This document shows, in pieces, positions 50,316 through 60,977 of a DNA stretch of 64,000 nt (positions within the stretch are counted from its first letter, which is position 1; every line of letters starts with the position of its first letter). Under the pieces are notes generated by a model. The model worked only from the letters and a program-made list of their open reading frames with translations, did no database searches and had not been told where the DNA came from. Source of the DNA: Myxococcota bacterium (GTDB taxonomy: Bacteria; Myxococcota_A; SURF-8; G963663525); assembly GCA_963676915.2 (NCBI GenBank), contig CAXXVK010000033.1, forward strand, positions 1 to 64,000, given 5' to 3'. The translations under genes and the position numbers were made by a program.

Positions 50316-51002
50316 TTACAGGGAGTTGAGCCGATGCAACACATCCTGCAATTTTCGACTCGATAACGGATTGGCCGAGCGAGTTTCCTGTTTCAGCATG
50401 TTTTCGAAGGTGTTGGAGGTTTTCAGCTCAGGTTCGACCGATTTTTTAGGCTCGTTTGTATTTTGGGTTGTTTTCGCGCTTTCGTCATCCAGCACGGCGA
50501 GGGTGCTCAATCCTTGACTGGATGATCCAAGCACCAGGCGTTGATCTCCGGCGCGAACGACCATCAGTCTCAATCCGCGAGCCACCCACAAGGAATCGAG
50601 CAATTGAAGATCCCCGCGTGTCTTTGCTGAAAGCAAACTGGAACCTGATGCACGATATCTGCGGATTAAAAATGCCAGCCCGAAAATCGATGCGGCTGCA
50701 AGAATGGTCATGGTAGCCAGCGAAACGGCGGAACCAATGCCGTTACCCATGGATTTCGATGTATTTGCTTTCTGATTCAAAGCTACCGGAGGGGGAGGGG
50801 AAGGAATGCCGGAACGATTCCCATTGACGTTGGCTCCTGCGGTTTGTGCCGAGCGAACGTGATTCTGAGGTGTTTGCGCGCTACGGAGTGCGGCGATCAA
50901 CGATTGCTCGTCGGTGATGTTCGGAAGCAGATCGTTCGTCGGAGCTTCGAAGGAAGCGGCGAGCGTCATGGCGAGAGCGAGAGTGATGCCGGTCAAAGAC
51001 AT
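50316..51002 (-). CDS. fliO: Flagellar biogenesis protein FliO-like
   Basis: TM followed by LQLLDSL..LMVVRAGDQRLVLG; between fliN and fliP. Confidence 0.8.
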   Translation of the reverse strand: MSLTGITLALAMTLAASFEAPTNDLLPNITDEQSLIAALRSAQTPQNHVRSAQTAGANVNGNRSGIPSPPPPVALNQKANTSKSMGNGIGSAVSLATMTILAAASIFGLAFLIRRYRASGSSLLSAKTRGDLQLLDSLWVARGLRLMVVRAGDQRLVLGSSSQGLSTLAVLDDESAKTTQNTNEPKKSVEPELKTSNTFENMLKQETRSANPLSSRKLQDVLHRLNSL

Positions 51003-51032
51003 GAGAGTCCTCCTGTCGGATGGTTGTGTCGG

Positions 51033-51368
51033 TTAGCGCACCAGGCTTTGGATGCGTTCGGTGGGGCTTACGATATCCGTCAATCGGATGCCGAACTGGT
51101 CATTGACCACGACCGCTTCTCCTCGGGCCACGAGCTTTCCATGGACCAGAACGTCCAGCGGTTCGCCTGCGAGCTTGGTCAGTTCGATGACCGAGCCTTG
51201 GGAAAATTGCAGCAGGTCGCTGATCGGAACTTTGGAACGGCCCAACTCGACAGAGATGGTCAATGGGATGTCCATCACGCGGTCGAGGTTGTTACTGTCT
51301 GTGAGGATCTGTTCGTCAATATCCTGTGGAGTCTTGGGATTCTGCGTTGGTTGAGAGGGCTCGCTCAT
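51033..51368 (-). CDS. fliN: Flagellar motor switch protein FliN
   Basis: DIPLTISVELG, LAGEPLD and GEAVVVNDQFGIR motifs. Confidence 0.96.
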   Translation of the reverse strand: MSEPSQPTQNPKTPQDIDEQILTDSNNLDRVMDIPLTISVELGRSKVPISDLLQFSQGSVIELTKLAGEPLDVLVHGKLVARGEAVVVNDQFGIRLTDIVSPTERIQSLVR

Positions 51369-52392
51369 GGCTTTGTCCTTTGGTGAGAATGTTGGGTTTT
51401 TTTATAGGTTTCATGTTTTTGCCGATGGCGTCATCCAGCTTGACCGCCAGTTTTCCTCGGCTGGTGACAGGATGGCCTGTGGCTTTGTTTATTCCACTAA
51501 CATTGATGTTCAAAGGTGAGTTTGCATCCGTATCGAGTGGAAGTGTGTCGCCGACTTTCAAATTCATCAGATCGCTGACGGTGATTTCGCCATTGCCTAG
51601 CAATACAAGAAAATCGACGCTTACACCCATGATCGTGTCTCGGATGATGCCGTGCCATGTATTGTCGGTGAGATCCTGTTCGGTTTGCACCGCAGACGAC
51701 AATTGCTGACGGATCGGTTCGATCACCGAATAGGGAATAACGAGATCCATATGCCCTTTTTCCGAGGCTTCGATTTCGAATTCGAACGAAACGTTGATAA
51801 TGACATCGGATGGTGAAGCGATCGTGGCAAATTGCGGATTGACTTCCGTACGGATGAACTCGGGATTGATTTCGATAATCGGGTTCCAGGACTTTTGCAT
51901 GTCGTCTAGGACATCGCGAACCACCCGTCGGATAACCTGGAGTTCGATCGTGCTGTATTCGCGACCTTCTACCCGGTACCGTCCACCATTTCCACCGAAG
52001 AGATGGTCTACGAGGCCGAACATCAGGTTGGCATCCATTGCCAGCAAACACATATTGCGTAACGGAGGAATGCGGAAAATGTTCAAACAGGCAGGAACCG
52101 CGATGGTTACCAGCCAGTCCGAAAATTTGATCAATTGCATCTGCTGTTGAACCACTTCCACAGGTTTACGCAAAAGGTTGAAAAATGAAGCACGCATGTA
52201 ACGGGCAAGTCGTTCGTTGATAATGTCCAGGGTCGGCATACGGCCACGGATAATGCGGTCGTTGCTGGTAAGGTCGTAGGAGCGGAAGTCTTTTTTTGGT
52301 TCCGCTCCGCTATGTTCCTCGACCTCGACATCTCCTGAGTCCACCGCGTTAAGCAGTGCGTTTATTTCATTTTGGCTTAATACGTCGTCCAT
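51316..52392 (-). CDS. fliM: Flagellar motor switch protein FliM
   Basis: LSQNEINALL, RIIRGRMPTL, FGGNG and EVNPQF motifs. Confidence 0.96.
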   Translation of the reverse strand: MDDVLSQNEINALLNAVDSGDVEVEEHSGAEPKKDFRSYDLTSNDRIIRGRMPTLDIINERLARYMRASFFNLLRKPVEVVQQQMQLIKFSDWLVTIAVPACLNIFRIPPLRNMCLLAMDANLMFGLVDHLFGGNGGRYRVEGREYSTIELQVIRRVVRDVLDDMQKSWNPIIEINPEFIRTEVNPQFATIASPSDVIINVSFEFEIEASEKGHMDLVIPYSVIEPIRQQLSSAVQTEQDLTDNTWHGIIRDTIMGVSVDFLVLLGNGEITVSDLMNLKVGDTLPLDTDANSPLNINVSGINKATGHPVTSRGKLAVKLDDAIGKNMKPIKKPNILTKGQSHERALSTNAESQDSTGY

Positions 52393-52445
52393 AATTCCCT
52401 ACGTTTGAAAAAGGTGAAAACCACCGAAGAAACGATAGGTTATCG

Positions 52446-52994
52446 CTATTGGATAACGAATTCCGTCAGATAGACGTGTTGCAGTTTGCCCGTCTTGAGT
52501 ACATTGTTCAGGCGTTGGAGGATATTGTTCCGAATATCTTCCTTGGCTAGCAAACCTTGTGTTTGACGAACGTTGAGGCTGGAGAGGTACGCAATCACCA
52601 TATCCCTAAACTGGGGTTCGCGTTTGCGAAGTTCGTCTTTAACGCTTTCGTTCTCCAGGCCGATCTTGATCGTTGCTTTGAGGTATCTCGGTGAACCCGG
52701 TTCGTTGAGGTTGACCACAAACGAACCTAACGTTTCGGTTGGTCCGAGATCGCTGATCACGACAGCTTCCCCTTCATTAGCGGATTTTTCCGCTTCATGA
52801 CCATTTTCTTCTTCGGCCTTGGCTTCGTGCTCAGGGGCTTCAACCGGTTCCACTGGTGCAGGGTTACGCAACATGGCGAATGCACCCATTCCTCCCAATG
52901 CCAACATGTTGAATACTACAAGCACGATGATCAACATCTTGTTGCTACCACCACTTTTTTCCTGGGCTTCCGTTCCCTTGTTTTCCTCAGCCAT
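52446..52994 (-). CDS. fliL: Flagellar basal-body protein FliL
   Basis: N-terminal TM, FVVNL, YLK and VYLTEFVIQ; start set at MAEENK downstream of the sigma54 site. Confidence 0.92.
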   Translation of the reverse strand: MAEENKGTEAQEKSGGSNKMLIIVLVVFNMLALGGMGAFAMLRNPAPVEPVEAPEHEAKAEEENGHEAEKSANEGEAVVISDLGPTETLGSFVVNLNEPGSPRYLKATIKIGLENESVKDELRKREPQFRDMVIAYLSSLNVRQTQGLLAKEDIRNNILQRLNNVLKTGKLQHVYLTEFVIQ

Positions 52995-53040
52995 TTTTTT
53001 CCCTCTTGAGTGACAATTGAATTCAACTGCGGACAGGAAT

Positions 53041-53056
53041 TGCATTTGATGTGCCA
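53041..53056 (-). promoter_or_regulatory. Sigma54 (-24/-12) promoter of the fliL operon
   Basis: Minus strand TGGCACATCAAATGCA, GG-N10-GC, about 47 nt upstream of the fliL ATG. Confidence 0.7.
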
Positions 53057-53421
53057 GACTGACGGATAAACGTAAAAACAAGTTTTTTGCCAAATGTAAC
53101 CGAGGTTTCGGGGTATCGTTCGTTCGTCGATCAGGGGAAATCGATAGTGACAATCCGACAGTTTCTCGACATTCGTCGGGAATTTATCGGTTTGGGTGGC
53201 GGAGAATCGGCAATTTTACGTTGTTGATGTTGTCGAGGTGTCAAAACGTCGGAGAAACGCATTGCGTCTCGGAATGGGTCATGTTATAAATTAAGGAATT
53301 GAGGGATTCTGCTATTCGCGTGTGCAGATGATTTGTGTGGGGCAAGGTTCAGTTTTGTGCGGGTGGCGGAATATCGGCGGGCGAAGGAATCATTCAATCG
53401 AATGGGATTATAGAGGGACCG

Positions 53422-54861
53422 GTGGATTATAAAGTTCTTTTCGTCGATGATAACGAAGCGATCCGACGATCGGCCGAAAAGGGTCTGCTTCGGGCGGGAT
53501 TTCACGTTACACTTGGAGAAGGTGGCGAGCAAGCTCTCGAACTTCTTCGGGAAAACCTCTACGACATCGTGGTTTGCGATCTTCGTATGCCAGACGTTGA
53601 TGGCTTGGACGTGTTGCGTTTTTCTCGTTCGTTAGCGCCTCCGCCGGCGTTTATCGTGATGACGGCTTATGCTTCCGTTCAGGTTGCTGTAAAAGCCATG
53701 AAATACGGCGCTGAGGATTTTATAGAGAAGCCGATTGGAATGGACGAACTCTGTGCGACCATTCATGCTGTTCTGAGGAGGAGGAGCGAGGAAGAAGACA
53801 GTGAAAACAGGGAGGTAGATAAACTTCCGGAAGGACTCGTAGGTGACAAAGCCTGGTTGGAGCCGTTTACCCAAACGATTCAGAGGATATCTCGAACAGA
53901 TTCAACAGTGCTAATCGAAGGAGAAACCGGTACGGGAAAAAGTGCCACTGCGCGTTCGATTTGGCAGTTTTCACCGCGATCCGAAGGCCCTCTTGTAGAG
54001 GTCAACTGTGCCGCCATTCCCGAACATTTGTTGGAAAGTGAACTTTTCGGTCATGTCAAAGGTTCGTTTACCGGAGCTACGACCAATCGTGTCGGAAAAG
54101 TGGAACTGGCCAATGGGGGAACGCTTTTCCTGGATGAAATCGCAGAGTTAAAACCCGATCTGCAAAGCAAGTTGCTTCATCTGTTGCAGGATAGAAGCTA
54201 TCAGCAGGTAGGGTCATCTCATACGCGGCAAGCAGATGTTCGTTTCATTGCTGCCACCAATCGAAATCTTGCAGAGGAAGTTGAACATAGGCGTTTCCGG
54301 GCCGATCTGTATTATAGAATCAATGTTTTAAGTCTCAGAATTCCTCCACTGCGGGAACGTCCGGCAGATGTGCCGATTTTAATCGATTTCTTTTCTCGCA
54401 GAGTAGCCAAACGACTTAAATCTAAACCTGTAGTTTTTTCATCGGAAACTATTGAGATTCTTAAGGAATATTCGTGGCCGGGGAACGTTCGGGAGTTGTT
54501 GAACCTCGTCGAACGAATGGCTGTAATGTACCCCGAGTCCACCATTGTCCCCGAACATCTGAGCGAACGTATTCGTTACTCGGTTGCTCCGTTGCCGGTG
54601 CCGTATCATGCCGAGTTGCAGTCGATTCAGAAATCTCCCAAACCCTTTGAAATTCCCAAAGAACCTCGTGCAGAGGATGTGTTTTCGAGTTCCGGTTCGG
54701 ACGATGGTATCAACCTAAGTGAAGCCGTGCGAAATTATGAAGAAAGCTTGATTCGTCAGGCTTTGAAAGAAGCCGATGGCAACAAGAGTCAAGCGGCCAG
54801 AATGCTGAACATGAAACGCACAACTCTGATCGACAAATGTAAAAAACTTGGGATCGCCTGA
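53422..54861 (+). CDS. Sigma54-dependent response regulator (REC-AAA+-Fis HTH), probable flagellar regulator
   Basis: VDD..DLRMP..K receiver; GETGTGKS, ESELFGH, GSFTGA, GTLFLDEI, FRADLYYR and WPGNVREL; HTH NKSQAARML. Confidence 0.93.
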   Translation: MDYKVLFVDDNEAIRRSAEKGLLRAGFHVTLGEGGEQALELLRENLYDIVVCDLRMPDVDGLDVLRFSRSLAPPPAFIVMTAYASVQVAVKAMKYGAEDFIEKPIGMDELCATIHAVLRRRSEEEDSENREVDKLPEGLVGDKAWLEPFTQTIQRISRTDSTVLIEGETGTGKSATARSIWQFSPRSEGPLVEVNCAAIPEHLLESELFGHVKGSFTGATTNRVGKVELANGGTLFLDEIAELKPDLQSKLLHLLQDRSYQQVGSSHTRQADVRFIAATNRNLAEEVEHRRFRADLYYRINVLSLRIPPLRERPADVPILIDFFSRRVAKRLKSKPVVFSSETIEILKEYSWPGNVRELLNLVERMAVMYPESTIVPEHLSERIRYSVAPLPVPYHAELQSIQKSPKPFEIPKEPRAEDVFSSSGSDDGINLSEAVRNYEESLIRQALKEADGNKSQAARMLNMKRTTLIDKCKKLGIA

Positions 54862-54879
54862 TTACTGACCTGAATTCCC

Positions 54880-54944
54880 TCGACATTTTGACGTTCGACG
54901 ATTTTACGGCGTCGATAACCGACAGTACCTGTCAATATCCTGAC
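54880..54944. promoter_or_regulatory. Cluster of GTC-Nx-GAC palindromes, putative enhancer-binding-protein sites
   Basis: GTCGATAACCGAC (54911-54923), GTCAATATCCTGAC (54931-54944) and CGACATTTTGAC (54881-54892). Confidence 0.4.
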
Positions 54945-55227
54945 GAACATGGCGTATTTCCGATGGGTTTCCAACACCAAAATTAAATTCCGCCAGTTGG
55001 AATTTTCCGTGCGTGGGGTTTTCGTCACATTTTTTCCGAGCACTGAATTACGCAAGTATTTTCCCTCTCGACCATTCCGGATAAACGGCAACACGCCCCA
55101 GATACCACCTGCACACAAATTGGCGCGATTCTGTTTACGTGAGTTTGCAGGTCTCGAAAAACCTCATCGAGGAGTTCTTCGGTAAAACATGAAAACTTGG
55201 CATCGTTCTTGAAACACCTTTCGAGGC

Positions 55228-57644
55228 ATGAGAACGAAAAGCTACAAAACGGCGGTCAGCCTCATCACCTTTTTCTTGATTTCATGGACGGCGTACGCCG
55301 AAGAATCCAAGGTGATTCCCGGCTTGCAGGGGGAGCAGTACGTTATCCTTCGTTTGTCCCAGGATTCTGTGGCCAATGTGGAGCACTACACGGGAGATGA
55401 CGAAGCAACACTCATCGTAAAACATCCTGTTCCCAATACCATTGATATGTTGTCTTCCCAGGTTGGGAGCCTGATGATAAAAGTTAGGCGCAAAAGCCTG
55501 ATCGGTGATGAACTTCGTGTGGGACTTCGATTATCTCGTTCCGATATTCGTATACAGATCAAACAGTTGGAGCATCCTCGTTCGTTGACGTTGGGTTTTT
55601 TCTCGTCGGTCAATCAAAGACTTCCAAGTCTCAAGGAAATGCTATTGCTGTTGCCTTCGGCTTATCCTGAGGGATCCTCCACCATGGTTTTGCCACCTCG
55701 ACCGGCAAAGCGTCCATGCTCGGGTTTGCAGGGAATCGATAAAACTATTGATGCAGCTCGTGAAGGTACTCGCTTGAGCGATAAATACCTGAAATATGCC
55801 GAGAAATACGTGCAGGATCAGGTGTGCCGAGAATATATCCACGCGCTGAACGCAGAGGCGATTTTGCATTCGGGAACAAACGTTGTCGATGCGGAAAAAT
55901 GGGCTTTTGCAATGTCTGAAGCTCCCCAGTGGGACAACTATCGTGAATCGTATGAATATCATGCGCTTGTCGCAGCCAATGTATTGATTGATCTAAGCCT
56001 TTTCCCTGAAGCTGAACTGTTGTTGGAGAAATTGGGTCAGGCTGCTACGTCAGCGATGATGCCGTATGTCAAGCTTGGACAATCTCGATTTTATATGAAA
56101 CAGCAAAAGTACTCGGAAGCTGCTATCGTATTGGAACGATTGCTGAAAAAGGCACGTAAAGGGGAATGGCGATATAGCGCATTTCTCAATTCGGCAATCA
56201 ATTATACTAAACTGAACGATCGCGAAAACACCCGAAATATTGCTTTGAAAGCCGAAAAGGTGTTGCGGGCCGATAAACGAGATGGTGGTGCGTTGTGGTT
56301 GATCGGTGCCGAGGCTGCTCTTGCACTGAACGACTATCGTGCTGCAGTCAAACTATATACCCGGACAACAAAAGTCGGCGGAAGGTGGGATAGTGCTTTT
56401 GCGGAAATGCGTCTTGGAGAACTGGCTACGATTCAGCAGCCTAACCTGGCCGGCCTAACCAAAGCCCACAAGCATTTCGACCGGGCACGAAAAAGCCAGC
56501 CCGATATTTATTTTACGCAGATCATACGATTCAAAGAAGAACTGATTTACGAAACACTTACCAAAGAAAAATTGGATTTGAGAAAAATCGAAGATGCTTT
56601 CTCAGATGCGTTCAAACAAAGCACGCAATTGGAAATTGCATATACCATGGTCCAAATTCATTTGGAGCAAGGGCATTCACAAAAAGCTCTTCAGTGGCTT
56701 CAGCCGCTTATCGATATCAAATCACCTGTGCGAGAAGAGAAAAAGGTTCTAGAGTCACTTACCCAGACGGTCAACGAAATTATTGGTCAATTCTATCGTT
56801 CCGGAAGATGGCTCGAAGTAGCGCGGTCGTATGAAGAAGAGCTCGAGCCGTTTAGGGGAAAACTGGACAACGAGTCTCTGCTGGCCGTTTCCGATGCCTA
56901 TTACCACTTGAGTCTGCCGAAAAACTCCGTTGAAATGTTGATGTGGATCATGAACACTCGGAATCCTTCTAAGCAAAGTGAAAACATCACGGTGAAACTC
57001 GCTTCAGCGTATGGGGCATTGAAGGATCATTTTCGCCTCGATATGGTAGTAAAATATTACCTTTCCCGATTTTCCAACTCTCCGAACAAATGGAAGGTTT
57101 TGTTGCTCAATATTCGATCTTTGCTGCAACAGAATCGTATCGATGAGGCAGATCAACGAGTTGCTTCGTTGAAAGAAAAAGTGCCTTCCGGTGACCCGAG
57201 AGCGGAAGTGGAACTGCTTTCTGACCGAGCTTCGGACGAGGCAGAATCGTTTCGAAGATGCCTCCGAGCATTTTATTCACGTTCTCGAATCGGGACTGCC
57301 AATGGATGTGGAAATCCAGCGGGTAGGTACGATGCTGATGTCGCCCTGCATGCAGAGCTGTTCTCCCGCCAAAGCACAGAAACTGTTGAAAGTGGCATCG
57401 GACTGGAAACGGGGGGAACTTGTGGACGAAGCCGTGCGTTTTTTTTGCAAAAATGCGCGAAGTTTCTAACCAGGACGTTCGTCCGGTTTCTACGACCGAA
57501 CCCAAAGAGCAAGAACGCCTAAAAAGGACCAAAAGAGAGAAAAGACACGACAAATTGTGGGAAGACCTTTTGGAATTGGCACCGGAATTGCCTGAACTAA
57601 AAGAGTTGGCCGAGAAAAAGCGAAATGAAAAAGTCGCCAACTGA
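55228..57644 (+). CDS. Exported tetratricopeptide-repeat protein (apparent frameshifts near 57220 and 57445)
   Basis: Signal peptide (AYA-E); multiple TPR-like helices; continues in ORFs 57191..57469 and 57420..57644. Confidence 0.75.
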
Positions 57645-57656
57645 CCTATAGGAACG

Positions 57657-58214
57657 ATGATCATGAAATCTGCGCAACCGAATTTACCTTCTTTGTTTTT
57701 ATCCATCAACGGCACGGGATTGGCCGAAGGACAACGGCCCGAACTGTGCGAGTTCGACCTTCCCCTACGTGGTGTGGCTATGGCGGATTCTCCCGTCCTT
57801 ATTGAAGGCGGTTATCCCGAGGATCGAGCACGGGTCAGCCATCGTCTCCACGAATTGGGGCGTAGAGCTGAACTACCGATTTCTCAGTGCAAAAACAAGC
57901 GTGAAGCAATCGAAGTGCTGGAAACGTTTGCGGAATCTTCATTCGACAAGCTTCCATCGGGAACGTGGATTTTCCACCGGGTGGAGGAATGGCCTCAGAA
58001 GCTTCAAATTAAGCTCGAATCCCTGCTCGGGGCGATTGACGAAAGCCGCTTAAAGGGCGAATCCCTGCACGAACGGATTCCGCGTATCCAAGTCGTTGTC
58101 GGAGACAAAACGGCTCGGGAGTCACTGATTCCCGATCTTCTGAGACGGTTGACATTCTTTCACATCGTTTTGGGAGAGAAAAAGGTCAAGATCAAAAAGG
58201 TAGGCAAACGATGA
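57657..58214 (+). CDS. Stand-alone degenerate sigma54-activator-type AAA+ domain
   Basis: SPVLIEG, GTWIFHRVEEWP..LQIKL and PDLLRRL align with the EBP core; Walker A, GAFTGA, receiver and HTH absent; ATGA overlap with flgB. Confidence 0.65.
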   Translation: MIMKSAQPNLPSLFLSINGTGLAEGQRPELCEFDLPLRGVAMADSPVLIEGGYPEDRARVSHRLHELGRRAELPISQCKNKREAIEVLETFAESSFDKLPSGTWIFHRVEEWPQKLQIKLESLLGAIDESRLKGESLHERIPRIQVVVGDKTARESLIPDLLRRLTFFHIVLGEKKVKIKKVGKR

Positions 58215-58573
58215 GTGAATTCAATGACAATATGCTTCCATGGCTGCGAACGGCATTGGATCTGAGCTATCGCCGTAGCACGCTGCTTGGAGCGAACATC
58301 TCGAACATCGACACTCCAGGCTATACCCCCAAAGATGTAAATTTCGAAACCTACCTAGAAAAGGAATTGACCGCTCATGAGCCGGGGAGTTCCGCGCTTC
58401 CCCCTACCGAGGCGCGTCGAAACGGCGAAGTCGGTCCCGACGGCAATTCCGTGGATTTAGAAGAGGAAATGGTGCAGTTCACTTCGAACCAGCTTTTCTA
58501 CGGGCTGGCTTCGGAAGTGCTGAACAGGAAACTGTCTCTGCTGCGCTATTCGATCGATGAAGGAGGACGTTGA
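58211..58573 (+). CDS. flgB: Flagellar rod protein FlgB
   Basis: NISNIDTPGYTPKD and DGNSVDLEEEM motifs. Confidence 0.94.
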   Translation: MSEFNDNMLPWLRTALDLSYRRSTLLGANISNIDTPGYTPKDVNFETYLEKELTAHEPGSSALPPTEARRNGEVGPDGNSVDLEEEMVQFTSNQLFYGLASEVLNRKLSLLRYSIDEGGR

Positions 58574-58575
58574 TT

Positions 58576-59025
58576 ATGCCGCTCAACACGTTTCAAATGA
58601 TGCAACTTGCCGGACGTAGCCTGTCGGTCCAACGGACACGGCTGGATGTCGTATCGAGCAACCTGGCCAACGCCCAGACCACCCGAACGCCGGAAGGCGG
58701 ACCCTACAAGAAACGTAGCGTCTATCTCGAAGAAGCTGCGTTGAGAGACCAATTCGGCAATGAATTGACCGAAGCCATGAACGATGGAGTTCGAGGTGTG
58801 GCGGTTGCCGGAGTCGAAGAGGACGAAAGCGCGCCTCGCATGGAATACGAACCCGGTCATCCCGATGCCGACGAAGACGGCTACGTGGCATATCCGAACG
58901 TCAACTCGATGGAGGAAATGGTGGATATGATCACCATTATGCGCTCCTACCAGGCGAATTTGCAGGTGTTTTCCGCCGCTCGTGAAATGGCGCAGCGTGC
59001 ACTGAATATGGGGAGGAATGGCTAA
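58576..59025 (+). CDS. flgC: Flagellar rod protein FlgC
   Basis: NLANAQTTRT..GPY, YEPGHPDADEDGYV and PNVN motifs. Confidence 0.96.
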   Translation: MPLNTFQMMQLAGRSLSVQRTRLDVVSSNLANAQTTRTPEGGPYKKRSVYLEEAALRDQFGNELTEAMNDGVRGVAVAGVEEDESAPRMEYEPGHPDADEDGYVAYPNVNSMEEMVDMITIMRSYQANLQVFSAAREMAQRALNMGRNG

Positions 59026-59318
59026 TGAATACCATCGACGGTCCCATTAAAATACAACCTATCGATACCGGAAACACTTCCGGTGCTGTGGAAGGCGATG
59101 GCGGTCAGTTTTCCAAAGACCTGGCCAAAGCGATCAACGATACCAACGAGGCCGCGATCAAAGCGGACGAAGAAGGTGTAAAAGCCTTGGTCGGCAACGG
59201 ATCTCCCCACCAAGCGATGATCGCCTTGACCGAAGCCGAATTGAAATTCCGCATGATGACCCAGGCTCGAAACAAGCTTGTCGAAGCCTACAAAGAAGTG
59301 ATGCGTATGAATATGTAA
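59025..59318 (+). CDS. fliE: Hook-basal body protein FliE
   Basis: RNKLVEAYKEVMRM C-terminal motif. Confidence 0.94.
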   Translation: MNTIDGPIKIQPIDTGNTSGAVEGDGGQFSKDLAKAINDTNEAAIKADEEGVKALVGNGSPHQAMIALTEAELKFRMMTQARNKLVEAYKEVMRMNM

Positions 59319-59372
59319 TTTGGCTCGATTTGAAGCCCTTTTGCATCGCAATCAATCACCGAGGCAGATCCC

Positions 59373-60959
59373 ATGAAGTGGATGGATATCCTAAAAAACT
59401 GGTGGACCGAAGCTAGCGCCGTGATGCGCTCGATGGTGGTTTTCGGCGTCGTCGGTACACTTTTGGCCGTAGGAATAATGCTTTCCGTAGATACCAATAC
59501 CGGCTTCGTTCCACTATTCACCAGGCTTTCGCCGGAAGACGCCGCCGATATCGCCGAAGAACTCAAGCAGCGAAAAATCCCATATGAATTGGCAGGGCAG
59601 GGTGGAACGATTCTTGTAGATCCCAAAGCCGTGCATCAAATTCGCTTGGATATTGCCTCTGCCGGGTTGCCGCGTGGTGGCGGTGTAGGGTTCGAGATCT
59701 TCGACCGTACCACGGTGATGATGACCAACTTCACTCAACGGGTCAATTTCACGAGGGCTTTACAGGGAGAATTATCCCGGACGATCACCCAGCTTCCGCA
59801 GGTCGAAAGTGCTCGGGTTCATTTGGCATTGCCAAAGGATTCGTTGTTTACTCGTGAAAAAAAGGAACCGTCTGCCAGCGTTTATGTCAAACTGATGCGT
59901 GGCAGGAAACTTACGGATCGCCAAATAGCTGGAATCACTCACCTTGTGTCCACTGCCATCGAAGGTATGAGCGCTGACCGTGTATCCGTGCTCGACGGCG
60001 AAGGCCGTCTGATGGGACCGCCCCCGGACGATGGAACGGGTAGCAGCGGTACCTCGCGGATGATGTCGTTTGTCCATTCACACGAATCCCGTTTGGAAAA
60101 TCGACTTGTCCAGCTTCTGGAACCGATCGTCGGTCATGGTAGGGTTGTGGCGCGGGTTTCCGCCGAAATGGATCTCGACCGCGTGGAAGCCACCGAGGAA
60201 AGCTTCGATCCCGACGGATTGGTCGTACGGAGCGAGAACAAAACCAGCGAAAGTAATTCTTCCTGCTACAACGAAGCGGGAGGAGCAAGTGGGGCGTCGG
60301 GAAACCTTCCCCAGCCTACGGGGGGAACACCGATACAGATCGGTGCGAAAGAAAACTCCTCGGCTCGCAGTACAACTAATGTTAACTACGCCGTGCCGAA
60401 AACCGTGAAACATATCAGCCGACCTCTAGGGTCCATCAAACGTCTTTCCGTAGCTATATTGATCGATTCGACGGTTCCCGAAAGCAAGAATGCCATTGGC
60501 GACGAGGAAATGGGCGAGGAAGGCGAAATCGAGCAGCCGAAAGCGAATCTCGATTTGAATCAGGCAATGGTTGCCGAACTGGTGAAAAGTGCCGTGGGTT
60601 TCAACAAAGCTCGTGGGGATCAGGTTGAGATCATGTTGACTCCCTTCTACAAGCCGGAAATCCCCGAAATGGCTGCACTTGAGGCTGAAAAGGGCTTAAT
60701 GAGTGGAGAATGGATGGCCATGGGCGGCGCAGGGGTTGCTCTTGTGGTGTTCCTGCTTGGTGGAACGCTGTTCCTGCATAGTCGTCGCAAAGCCAAACTC
60801 ATGGAACTGCTCCAAGAGCAACAAAGACGTGAAAAAGTACAAACGGATGTGGAAGCTCCGAAAGATCCGGCACAGGTTTTGCGAGAAAACGTACGTCAAC
60901 TGGCCCGCAACGATATCAAAGGAAGCGTGCAGTTGATGAAAGAATGGATTGCCGCGTAA
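59373..60959 (+). CDS. fliF: Flagellar MS-ring protein FliF
   Basis: GFEIFD, RALQGELSRTI, ARVHLALP, SASV, RLSVA and AVGFN..RGD motifs; two TM helices. Confidence 0.96.
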   Translation: MKWMDILKNWWTEASAVMRSMVVFGVVGTLLAVGIMLSVDTNTGFVPLFTRLSPEDAADIAEELKQRKIPYELAGQGGTILVDPKAVHQIRLDIASAGLPRGGGVGFEIFDRTTVMMTNFTQRVNFTRALQGELSRTITQLPQVESARVHLALPKDSLFTREKKEPSASVYVKLMRGRKLTDRQIAGITHLVSTAIEGMSADRVSVLDGEGRLMGPPPDDGTGSSGTSRMMSFVHSHESRLENRLVQLLEPIVGHGRVVARVSAEMDLDRVEATEESFDPDGLVVRSENKTSESNSSCYNEAGGASGASGNLPQPTGGTPIQIGAKENSSARSTTNVNYAVPKTVKHISRPLGSIKRLSVAILIDSTVPESKNAIGDEEMGEEGEIEQPKANLDLNQAMVAELVKSAVGFNKARGDQVEIMLTPFYKPEIPEMAALEAEKGLMSGEWMAMGGAGVALVVFLLGGTLFLHSRRKAKLMELLQEQQRREKVQTDVEAPKDPAQVLRENVRQLARNDIKGSVQLMKEWIAA

Positions 60960-60977
60960 ACGTCAACAGGTGAGATA

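Noticed and set aside
51316-51368. 53-bp fliM/fliN overlap as a fusion or programmed frameshift
   Set aside because: Both genes are complete; the extended FliM tail follows an A7 run and may be an indel artefact
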